From positions 1,472,001-1,536,000 of the forward strand of contig OZ253375.1 of NCBI GenBank assembly GCA_965261005.1: a stretch of DNA of 64,000 bases. The letters run 5' to 3'. Shown in pieces: positions 9,867 to 18,098 of the stretch; the first letter of the stretch is position 1; each line of letters opens with the position of its first letter. The DNA comes from Deinococcus sp. (GTDB lineage: Bacteria; Deinococcota; Deinococci; Deinococcales; Deinococcaceae). Made by a program: the position numbers and the translations under genes. Below the pieces are notes generated by a model. The model searched no databases and had not been told where the DNA came from. It saw nothing but the letters and a program-made list of their open reading frames with translations.

Positions 9867-10436
9867 TCAGGCCCGCCGGCCCAGCAGCGTGAAGCCGACC
9901 GCGATCACCGCGCCGATGAGCAGCGGCGCCAGCACCCCGCGCAGCGCCCGCCCGCGCTCGCCGGTTATCGCCGGCAAGCCCAGGTAGGCCAGCGCGAATT
10001 GCAGCGCGTACACCGCGTAGCTGCCCCAAGTGCTCAGGCGCGCGAGCCAGTTGGCGTTGTAGGCCGCGCTCAGCGCTGCCGACCGTTCGCGCACGGCGTC
10101 CGCCAGCGCCGGCCCCTCCAGCCCGGTCGGCAGCGGCGGCACGCCCACGATCTGCGGCGGAAACAGCGCCGCCAGCGGCAGCAGGATCAGAAACCAGATC
10201 AGCGTCACCAGCGTCACCAGAAAGGTCGCGCCGTACACCTCGGCGGCGCGCGCCAGCGAACCGGCCAGCAGCACGCTGGCCGCCGCCCCCACCAAGCCGC
10301 TCAGCAGCACCAGCCAGAAGTAGCGCCCTCCCCGCGCGGGCAGGGCGCGCAAGTGCGGGTAAAAGCGGCGCGGCTGGGTCAGCAGGTTGGTCAGGGGCGC
10401 TTGGGCCGGTGTCGCTTGGGTCTGCGGACTGGTCAT
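9867..10436 (-). CDS. Membrane protein (Yip1-like)
   Basis: Hydrophobic; LLTQPRRFY N-terminal motif; GGAG RBS; first gene of the exporter operon. Confidence 0.6.
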   Translation of the reverse strand: MTSPQTQATPAQAPLTNLLTQPRRFYPHLRALPARGGRYFWLVLLSGLVGAAASVLLAGSLARAAEVYGATFLVTLVTLIWFLILLPLAALFPPQIVGVPPLPTGLEGPALADAVRERSAALSAAYNANWLARLSTWGSYAVYALQFALAYLGLPAITGERGRALRGVLAPLLIGAVIAVGFTLLGRRA

Positions 10437-10786
10437 GGGACTCTCCTTTACAAGGGGCGAATGTGCGAGGGACGAAGGGCCTTAGCTTCGTTCCCTAATA
10501 CGGGGATGTGACGGCAGCGGTTGCACTGGACTGACCCTCACCTTAATACCGAAAGTCCTCGTCCTCTTTTTAGGGGGGCATGCAGGGCTGACGTATGTCG
10601 AACGGCTGGATGAAGAACACCCGTCCATTCTGTTTTCAACGTAAATATTCGCGCTTGTTGACTCGTTTTTTGTGTCTCTGCCGAAAAGCGAGGCTGCCAA
10701 GTAAGGGCGTAACCTCAACGCGCGTCAGCCTTGGAAGTATTGAGAAGGGCGCTCAATACTGAAGGCAAATGCTCTAGGCTCGGACC

Positions 10787-11551
10787 ATGCCCCTTTCCTC
10801 TTTGGCGCGGCCCCTCGACTTCACCTTCGCGTCGAACCGCCTCGCCGCCGCCGGCCTCGTAGGCGGGGCGCTGTTGGGGTGGGGGCGACAGCGCAACGTG
10901 AAGGCGGCCTTGTCGGCGGGCGCGGACGTGTTCGTGGCTTGGGCCATCGCCCGCGAACTCGACCCGGACGACGCGCTTTCGGCGGCCTGGGCGCTGGCGC
11001 TGGCCTTGCCGGTCGCCGCGCTGGCCCCGTCCCAGGATTTGAGCGGCGGCGCCCTGTTGCAAGCCCTGCGCCTGCTGACTGGCACCACCGGCGTGGAGCC
11101 GACGGGCCTCGACGCCCTCGCGCTGGGCGGGGCGGCGGCCCTGAGCGCGGGCGGCGGCGGCGTGGCGGCCCTCGCGCCGGGCCTCGCGTGGTGGCTGTCG
11201 GCGAGCGTCCGCGATGAACTCAGCCCACCGCTGTGGCCGGCCGCCGTGGCGGGCGCCGGTCAGCTGGCCGGCGCGTTCAGGCGCCGGGAGCAGGTGAAGC
11301 GGGACGGCGGGGCGCCGCTCAAGCTGGCCGCCCTGGCCGTTCTCGCGGCGACCTGGGGCGCGACCCAACCGGGCGAGGTGAGCAGCGCGTGCGACCACAA
11401 CCGGCTCTTCGTCTCGGCGCGGCGGGTGACGCTCGCTCGGCAATTGACGGTGGGTTTGCTGGCGGCCGAGACCCTATCCGAGGGGACGCGCGGCGCGCGG
11501 CGCCTCTGGCCGCTGTGGGCCGCGTGGCTGGCGGTGGCGGCGCGCCGCTGA
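10787..11551 (+). CDS. Hypothetical membrane protein
   Basis: Hydrophobic 254-aa ORF with WAIARELDPD; TAGGCT -10-like box 7 nt before the ATG. Confidence 0.7.
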   Translation: MPLSSLARPLDFTFASNRLAAAGLVGGALLGWGRQRNVKAALSAGADVFVAWAIARELDPDDALSAAWALALALPVAALAPSQDLSGGALLQALRLLTGTTGVEPTGLDALALGGAAALSAGGGGVAALAPGLAWWLSASVRDELSPPLWPAAVAGAGQLAGAFRRREQVKRDGGAPLKLAALAVLAATWGATQPGEVSSACDHNRLFVSARRVTLARQLTVGLLAAETLSEGTRGARRLWPLWAAWLAVAARR

Positions 11552-11599
11552 GGGCATTTCCAGGGGTGATTTGCCGCTTCTCCGCCTTACACTATCTCC

Positions 11600-12169
11600 A
11601 TGACCGACCCCGCCCTGGGCACCATACCGGAAGAGGAGTATCTGGCCTCCGAAGAACGCTCCGAGGTGCGTCGCGAATACGTGGACGGTTTCGTTTACGC
11701 GCAAGCGGGGGCCAGCAAGCAGCATGGCCGAATCGCGGGCAACATCCTGCGCGTTCTGCTCAACGCCGTTCAAGGTGGCCCGTGCTGGGTGTACGCCAGC
11801 GATATGAAGATCAAGCTCAGGGGGCCGAACGGATTGCGCTACTCCTACCCCGACTTGGCCGTGGTCTGCGACGAGGACACCACCGAGACCCACGCCGAAA
11901 CCAGGCCCTGCCTGATCGTGGAGATTCTGAGCGGGTCCACGCGGCAGGTGGACATGACCTTCAAGGCGCGGGACTATCTGAGTTTGCCCAGCCTTGAGGG
12001 CTACCTGTTGGTGGACGGTGAGGGTCGGGCGGCCCAGCTGTACCGGCGGCTGCCGGGAGGCGGCTGGACGACGGAGATCATGCAGGACAGCTTGATTCTG
12101 CCTTGCATGAACGTCCCGCTGTCGTTGGCGGAAATGTACGCGGGCGTCGGACCAACGGACGCGCCGTGA
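11600..12169 (+). CDS. Uma2 family (DUF820) endonuclease
   Basis: EEYL..E, EYVDG, H.RI..N, YPDLAVVC, LIVEILS.ST, Y..LPSL..YLLVD. Confidence 0.9.
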   Translation: MTDPALGTIPEEEYLASEERSEVRREYVDGFVYAQAGASKQHGRIAGNILRVLLNAVQGGPCWVYASDMKIKLRGPNGLRYSYPDLAVVCDEDTTETHAETRPCLIVEILSGSTRQVDMTFKARDYLSLPSLEGYLLVDGEGRAAQLYRRLPGGGWTTEIMQDSLILPCMNVPLSLAEMYAGVGPTDAP

Positions 12170-12170
12170 G

Positions 12171-12866
12171 CTAGAGGTCGGCCAGCATCGCCCGCACCAC
12201 CCGCACGGCGCGGGCGGCCACCAGGGGCATAAAGGCCACGTAATCCACGTCGGCGTCCCCATCCGCGGTGTCGCTCATCGAGCGGATCACCACGAAGGGG
12301 ACGCTGCGCTGGGCGCACACCTGCGCGACGGCCGCCCCCTCCATCTCGGCGCAGGCGGCCCCGAAGGTGTCGCGCAGCCAGCTCACCTTTTCGGGCGAGG
12401 CCACGAACTGGTCGCCGCTGGCGACGCGGCCGGTCACAACCCGCACATCACCCAGGGTGTTGGCCGCCCGCACGGCGCTCTCACGCAGCGTCTCGTCGGC
12501 GGGCCAGCTGAGAACTTCGCCGGGAATCAGGCCCCGCTCATAGCCGAGGGCCGCCACGTCCACGTCGTGTTGCACGCAATCGCTCGACACCAGCATGTCG
12601 CCCACCCCCAATACCGGGTCGAGGGCGCCCGCCACCCCGGTGAAGATCACGCGGGCCGCGCCCGCCTCCAGCAGCGCCAGGCAGCCCACGGCGGCGTTCA
12701 CCTTGCCGACGCCGCACTGCCCCAGCACGACCGCGCGCCCGTCCAGCTGCCCGGCGTGCAGGGTCACGCCCAGCACCTTCAGCTCCCGCGCCCCCCGCAA
12801 TTCGGGCCGCAGCAGCTCGACTTCCTCACGCATGGCGCCCATCACGCCGATTGTTTCGCTTCTCAT
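12171..12866 (-). CDS. mtnN: 5'-methylthioadenosine/S-adenosylhomocysteine nucleosidase
   Basis: IGVMGAMREE, GVGKVNAA, SGDQFV, EMEGAAVAQVC, RSMSDTAD. Confidence 0.93.
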   Translation of the reverse strand: MRSETIGVMGAMREEVELLRPELRGARELKVLGVTLHAGQLDGRAVVLGQCGVGKVNAAVGCLALLEAGAARVIFTGVAGALDPVLGVGDMLVSSDCVQHDVDVAALGYERGLIPGEVLSWPADETLRESAVRAANTLGDVRVVTGRVASGDQFVASPEKVSWLRDTFGAACAEMEGAAVAQVCAQRSVPFVVIRSMSDTADGDADVDYVAFMPLVAARAVRVVRAMLADL

Positions 12867-12873
12867 GTCGCGG

Positions 12874-12891
12874 CCAGTCTAGCTAGACTGG
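12874..12891. promoter_or_regulatory. Palindrome containing two back-to-back TAGACT -10 boxes (divergent promoter)
   Basis: CCAGTCTAGCTAGACTGG lies in the 35-bp gap between divergent genes. Confidence 0.55.
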
Positions 12892-12901
12892 TCCCGATAT
12901 A

Positions 12902-13558
12902 TTGAACCCCGTGCGCGCGGCGCTAACGGTGTGGGGGCGGGCGGGGCGGCGGCTGTGGGTTAACTTGCCGCGTCTGATCGCCGCCAATGTGCTGTGGCTG
13001 CTGCTGGCTTGGCCGCTGGTGACGCTGGGGGCCGCCACGCTGGCGCTGTACGCCTGGCTGCGCCGCGCCGTGCTGGAATACGAGGAGACACGCCTGGAGC
13101 GCTCCCTTCCAGAAGAGTCCCCGCTCAGCTTGTTGCGCGACTTGCGCCGCCAATGGTGGCCGGGGACGTTGTGGCTGGGCGCGAACTTGGCCGTGGCCGT
13201 GATCTTGCTGTCGAACGTTGCGTTGTGGCGCCTTCGGCTGGGACCGCTGGGCGCGCTGTGGGTGGAGCTGCTGGCGGGCTACCTGGCTTGGCTGTGGCTG
13301 GCCGTGCAGCCGTACCTGCTCGACGCCCTGGCCGAGGGGCGCCCCTTCGGCGCCGCGCTCTCCGAGGCGGGGCGCATCGTGGCGGCCTTTCCCGTGTACG
13401 CCCACCTGTGCGCCCTGCCCCCCCTACTGCTGGCGCTGCTAGGCGCTTGGTTGAGGACGCTGTGGCCCGTGGTCGGCGTGGGCGCGCTGCTGCTGTATTG
13501 GGCGCAGGTCGCCACCTTCGATCCACGCGCCCGGCCCCCCGTTCGCGACCTGTTCTAA
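12902..13558 (+). CDS. DUF624/YesL-like membrane protein
   Basis: NVLWLLLAWPLVTLGAATLALY; adjacent to a sugar ABC operon. Confidence 0.65.
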   Translation: MNPVRAALTVWGRAGRRLWVNLPRLIAANVLWLLLAWPLVTLGAATLALYAWLRRAVLEYEETRLERSLPEESPLSLLRDLRRQWWPGTLWLGANLAVAVILLSNVALWRLRLGPLGALWVELLAGYLAWLWLAVQPYLLDALAEGRPFGAALSEAGRIVAAFPVYAHLCALPPLLLALLGAWLRTLWPVVGVGALLLYWAQVATFDPRARPPVRDLF

Positions 13559-13732
13559 GACGTTTATTTAAGCTTGGGTGTGAATTATTTGGATTCTGCC
13601 TTGAGCGGAATAAGAACTTCGCTGGTACGGCGGCGCCTAAACTGGACTGTCAAGCGCAATTTTTGAGCGCGACAATTCGGGTTGGCCTGAGCACGAACGT
13701 CTGCGGCCAACCACATCTTTTTGAGGTGAACT

Positions 13733-14980
13733 ATGTACAAAGGTATTCTTTTGCTGACCGCCGCCCTCGCCGGCACCACCCTTGTCAGCGTGGCCGGCGC
13801 CCAAAAGGTGACGCTCGACTTGTGGGCGCACTGGGGTTCTGAGCAGCGCCGCCCCACCATCAACAAGATCGTGGACACCTGGAACGTCAAGCACCCGGAC
13901 GTTCAGGTCAAGTACACCTTCGTCCCCTTCGACCAGATCATGACCAAGACGCTCGCCAGCGTGGCCGCCGGCAACCCGCCCGACGTGGTCGTCATTGACA
14001 TTCGCACCTCCAAACTGCGCGCCGCCAAGAACCAAGCGAGCGACCTGAGCAAGCTGGGCGCCGACAAGCTGAAAGACCAGTTCTACCCAAATCTGTGGGA
14101 GACCGGCAGCTACAAGGGGGACCAGTACGCGCTTCCCTTCGTGACCGACTCGCGCTTTTTGTACTACAACAAGGACGCCTTCAAGGCGGCCGGCCTCGAC
14201 CCCAACAAGCCGCCCACCAGCTGGGCCGAGCTGGAGGCTGACGCCAAAAAGCTCGACCAGAAGTCGGGGCCGGTGTACCAGCGCATCGGCTTTCTGCCCC
14301 TTCAGGGCAACAACTTCGAGGGCTGGGTCAACAACGCCGGCGCCCCCACCTGGGACGCGGACCGCGTGAACCCCACCCTCAACACGCCGACCGCCATCAA
14401 GACCCTCGATTGGCTGAAGGGCTGGTACGACCGCCTGGGGGCGCGCAACGTGCAGGCCTTTAAGAGCGGCTTCGGCGGCGGCGCGCAGGACCCCTTTATC
14501 TCGGGCAAGCTGGGCATGGTGATTGACATCGGCGGCTACGCCAGCACCCTCAAGAAGTACGCCCCGAACATGAACTACGGCATGGCGCGCCTGCCCACGC
14601 CCAGCGGGCAGGTCGGCCCCATGACCTCGTGGGGCGGCGGCTTCAATTTGGAAGTTCCCGTCGGCAGCGGCCATCCCAAGGAGGCCTTTCAGTTCGCCAA
14701 GTGGTTCGCCACCGAGGGGGCGCGCATCTGGGCGCAGGAGCAGAACGACTTTCCCGGCTCCAAGAACGCCTCCCTGAGCGTGACCACGCCCGCCTTCCGC
14801 TTGATGTCTGCCAACATGAAAAACACGGTCGTCTCGACGGCGCCGGTGTACGTGCCCAGCTACGGCAGCGTCATCGACAAGGCGGTGGACGACGTGACCT
14901 TGCGCGGCGCCGATCCCAAAAAGACGCTGGACGCCGCTCAGGTGGAGCTGCAAAAGCAAGTGGACCAGAACAAGAAGTGA
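13733..14980 (+). CDS. Carbohydrate ABC transporter substrate-binding protein
   Basis: Signal peptide, AGNPPDV, YALPF...LYYNKD.F..AGLDP..PP.SW.EL. Confidence 0.9.
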   Translation: MYKGILLLTAALAGTTLVSVAGAQKVTLDLWAHWGSEQRRPTINKIVDTWNVKHPDVQVKYTFVPFDQIMTKTLASVAAGNPPDVVVIDIRTSKLRAAKNQASDLSKLGADKLKDQFYPNLWETGSYKGDQYALPFVTDSRFLYYNKDAFKAAGLDPNKPPTSWAELEADAKKLDQKSGPVYQRIGFLPLQGNNFEGWVNNAGAPTWDADRVNPTLNTPTAIKTLDWLKGWYDRLGARNVQAFKSGFGGGAQDPFISGKLGMVIDIGGYASTLKKYAPNMNYGMARLPTPSGQVGPMTSWGGGFNLEVPVGSGHPKEAFQFAKWFATEGARIWAQEQNDFPGSKNASLSVTTPAFRLMSANMKNTVVSTAPVYVPSYGSVIDKAVDDVTLRGADPKKTLDAAQVELQKQVDQNKK

Positions 14981-15003
14981 GGGGAGATTCGCTGCCACAA
15001 CCC

Positions 15004-15039
15004 CTCACCCCCGGCCCCTCTCCCGCAAGGGGGAAGGGG
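15004..15039 (+). repeat. Interspersed palindromic REP-like repeat, copy 1
   Basis: CTCACCCCCGGCCCCTCTCCCGCAAGGGG; first 29 nt identical to the reverse complement of the copy at 33286-33321. Confidence 0.75.
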
Positions 15040-15061
15040 CCTAAAGAGTTAAAGGAGGTCT

Positions 15062-16000
15062 ATGTCGCTACTCGCACCAGGGCGGCGCCCGGCGCGTTTT
15101 AAGTGGAACACGCGCCGCCGCGAGGCGCTGTGGGGATTCGTGTTCATCGCCCCTTGGCTGATCGGACTCTTGGCCTTTGTGGCCGGCCCCATGCTGTTCT
15201 CGCTGTACGCCTCCTTTACCAACTACGACGTGACCTCGCGCTTCGACTGGGTGGGGGCGCGCAACTACGTCCGGCTCTTCACCCAGGACGGGCGCTTTTG
15301 GCACGCGCTGTGGAACACCGGCTACTACGCCCTGTTCGCCGTGCCGCTGGGCGTGGCGGTCGGCCTGCTGGTGGCAGTGCTGCTCAACCAGCAGGTGCCG
15401 GGGCAACGCTTGTTCAGGACCATCTTCTTTCTGCCCAAGGTGCTGACCGGGGTGGCCGTGCTGCTGCTGTGGCTGTGGGTCTTCAATCCACAGGTCGGGC
15501 TGATCAACACCGGCCTATATAAATTGGGCGTGGACGCCAATCACTTGCCGCTGTGGTTCGCCGACCCGGCCTGGTCCAAGCCCGCCCTGATCATCATGAG
15601 CATGTGGACGGCGGCGGGGGGCTTCATCTTCTACCTGGCCGCCCTGCGCGGGGTGCCGCGCGACCTCTACGAGTCGGCGCAGCTCGACGGCGCCAGCGCG
15701 GCGCGGCAGTTCTGGGCCGTCACCATTCCTATGATCTCCCCCATCATCTTCTTCAAGCTGATCACCGGCGTGACGGGCGCGCTGCAATTCTGGTCCGAGT
15801 CCCTGATCCTGACCAAGGGCGGCCCCGACGACAGCACGCTGTTCTACGGCTTGTACATCTGGCAGACCGCCTTCGGCGACCTCAGAATGGGCTACGCCAG
15901 CGCGATGGCCTGGATCCTGCTGCTCATCACGCTGACGATCACCGGCCTTCAGGTCTGGCTGTCGCGCCGCTGGGTGTACTACGAGGGCGAGGTCAAATGA
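15062..16000 (+). CDS. Carbohydrate ABC transporter permease
   Basis: EAA-type loop LYESAQLDGAS; MGYASAMAW. Confidence 0.92.
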   Translation: MSLLAPGRRPARFKWNTRRREALWGFVFIAPWLIGLLAFVAGPMLFSLYASFTNYDVTSRFDWVGARNYVRLFTQDGRFWHALWNTGYYALFAVPLGVAVGLLVAVLLNQQVPGQRLFRTIFFLPKVLTGVAVLLLWLWVFNPQVGLINTGLYKLGVDANHLPLWFADPAWSKPALIIMSMWTAAGGFIFYLAALRGVPRDLYESAQLDGASAARQFWAVTIPMISPIIFFKLITGVTGALQFWSESLILTKGGPDDSTLFYGLYIWQTAFGDLRMGYASAMAWILLLITLTITGLQVWLSRRWVYYEGEVK

Positions 16001-16013
16001 CCGAGAGAAGAAC

Positions 16014-16913
16014 GTGAGCCTGACCCGGCCCACCCCACAGGTTCGTCCGCTGCGGCTGAACCGGCCCGCGTCCCCAAGGCGCCGTCTGCTGACCTTGCTG
16101 AGCAAGCTGCTGGCCCTGCTGGCGCTCACCGCCTGCGCCGCGCTGATCCTCTACCCAGCGCTGTGGATGATCTCCACGTCTCTCAAGCCCGACAGCCAGG
16201 TGTTCGCCTACCCGCCGGTGTGGATTCCCAAGCCCGCCCAGTGGGACAACTACGCCCGCGCTTGGGCGGCGGCCCCTTTCACGCGCTACGCGGTCAACAC
16301 GCTGCTGTATTCCGGCACGGTCACGCTCGCCACGGTGCTGTCGAACGCCTTTGCGGCCTACGGCTTCGCCAAGCTGCGCTTTCCGGGGCGCGACGTCCTC
16401 TTCATCGTGATGCTGTCCACCATGATGATTCCCTCGCTGGTGACGCTGGTGCCTCAGTACGTCCTGTTCAGCAAGCTGGGCTGGGTGGGAACCTACGCCC
16501 CGCTGATCGTGCCGACCTTTTTCGCCAGCGCCTTTTACACCTTTATGCTGCGCCAGTTCTTTCTGAGCATCCCCAACGAGCTGTCCGAGGCGGCGCGGGT
16601 GGACGGCGCCTCCGAGCTATGGATTTGGTGGCGGGTCGTGATGCCGCTGGCGACGCCGGCCCTGGCGGCGGTGGCGATCTTCACCTTCGACGGCACCTGG
16701 AACGACTACGTCAACCCGCTGCTGTACCTGAACAAGGAAAGCCTCTACACCCTTCAGGTGGGCCTCCAGTACTTCCGCACCGCCAACGACGTGCAGTGGC
16801 AGCTACTGATGGCCGCCTCGGCGATGGTGATGCTGCCGGTCATCATCATCTTTTTCGTGTTCCAAAAGTACTTCATCGAGGGCGCCTCGATTTCGGGCGG
16901 GGTCAAGGGATAG
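16014..16913 (+). CDS. Carbohydrate ABC transporter permease
   Basis: RQFFLSIPNELSEAARVDGAS; ends GGVKG. Confidence 0.92.
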   Translation: MSLTRPTPQVRPLRLNRPASPRRRLLTLLSKLLALLALTACAALILYPALWMISTSLKPDSQVFAYPPVWIPKPAQWDNYARAWAAAPFTRYAVNTLLYSGTVTLATVLSNAFAAYGFAKLRFPGRDVLFIVMLSTMMIPSLVTLVPQYVLFSKLGWVGTYAPLIVPTFFASAFYTFMLRQFFLSIPNELSEAARVDGASELWIWWRVVMPLATPALAAVAIFTFDGTWNDYVNPLLYLNKESLYTLQVGLQYFRTANDVQWQLLMAASAMVMLPVIIIFFVFQKYFIEGASISGGVKG

Positions 16914-16928
16914 CGCTTATAGTGGGCC

Positions 16929-18098
16929 ATGACCCCACCCTCTGATCTTCTCGACGCGCAGCTTTTGGAGAGGTTGCGCCATCCCGACTCGGGCAAGTGG
17001 ACCACCTTCGCGCCGGACGTCTTGCCGCTGTGGGTGGCCGACATGGACTTCGCCCCGGCGCCGGAAATTGTGGAGGCGCTCAAGGAGCGCCTGACCCGCA
17101 CGGTCGGCTACCCGCCGATGGAGGGCGACCCGGAGCTGCTCGATTTGATTGCGTCCGGGCGCGCTCAACCCGTGCAGCCGGGCCTGACCCGCGAGGATGT
17201 CTGGCTGCTGCCCAGCGTGGTGCCCGGCCTCTACGCCGGCGCGCTGGCCCTCAGCGCGCCGGGGGACGAGATCATCACCCACGTCCCGATCTATCCGCCG
17301 TTTCTGGGCGCCGCCGCCGCGCAGGGGCGGGTCGCGCGGCTCACGCCCCTCGTCCGGGATGAAACCGGCTGGCAAATGGACTGGGACGCCCTGGAGGCGG
17401 CCGTCTCGCCGGCCACGCGAATGCTCATGCTGTGTTCGCCGCACAACCCGACGGGTCGGCTGTGGACCCGCGCCGAGCTGGAGCGGCTGGCCGAATTCGC
17501 GCTGCGTCACCGGCTGTGGGTGGTGACCGACGAGCTGCACGCCAACCTGACCCTGGAGGGCGAGTTCGCGCCCTTCGCGTCCCTGAGTCCCGAAATCGCC
17601 GCGCGCACCGTCACCCTGACCGGGCCGTGCAAAACCTTCAACACCGCCGGCCTGGGCATCGGGGCGGCCATCAGCAGCAACCCCGAATTGCTCTCTCGCT
17701 TAAAGACCGCCTCGGCCGGCCTGATGGCCCATCCCGGCGCGCTCTCCATGACCATGTGGCGCGCGGGCATCGAGAAGGGTGGCCCCTGGCTGGCGCGGAC
17801 GCTGGCCGACTTGCGCGCCAACCGCGACTTGGTGTGCGCTTACGCGCGCGAGCGGATGCCGCAGGTGCGCTTCACGTCGCCGCAGGCGACCTACCTGGCT
17901 TGGCTCGACTTCGGCGCGCTGGGTTGGCCGGAGGGGGCGCAGGCCCACCTGCTGGAGCACGCGGGGGTCGCCCTCGTTGAGGGGGCCAGCTTCGGGCCGG
18001 GTTTTGAGAACTCCGCCCGACTCAACTTCGCCACACCCCGGCCCATCCTGCAAGAAGCTTTGGATCGGCTCGCACGAACGGTCAACTCGGGCGGTTAA
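16929..18098 (+). CDS. PatB/MalY family PLP-dependent C-S lyase (cystathionine beta-lyase)
   Basis: [41 protein letters not shown]. Confidence 0.9.
   Translation: MTPPSDLLDAQLLERLRHPDSGKWTTFAPDVLPLWVADMDFAPAPEIVEALKERLTRTVGYPPMEGDPELLDLIASGRAQPVQPGLTREDVWLLPSVVPGLYAGALALSAPGDEIITHVPIYPPFLGAAAAQGRVARLTPLVRDETGWQMDWDALEAAVSPATRMLMLCSPHNPTGRLWTRAELERLAEFALRHRLWVVTDELHANLTLEGEFAPFASLSPEIAARTVTLTGPCKTFNTAGLGIGAAISSNPELLSRLKTASAGLMAHPGALSMTMWRAGIEKGGPWLARTLADLRANRDLVCAYARERMPQVRFTSPQATYLAWLDFGALGWPEGAQAHLLEHAGVALVEGASFGPGFENSARLNFATPRPILQEALDRLARTVNSGG

Noticed and set aside
10482..10718. 78-aa ORF in the intergenic region
   Set aside because: No RBS, atypical codon use and no recognisable motif.
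11600..12169. Uma2 gene as part of a defence system
   Set aside because: Stand-alone with host-like GC; the family is commonly expanded in such genomes; no partner genes.
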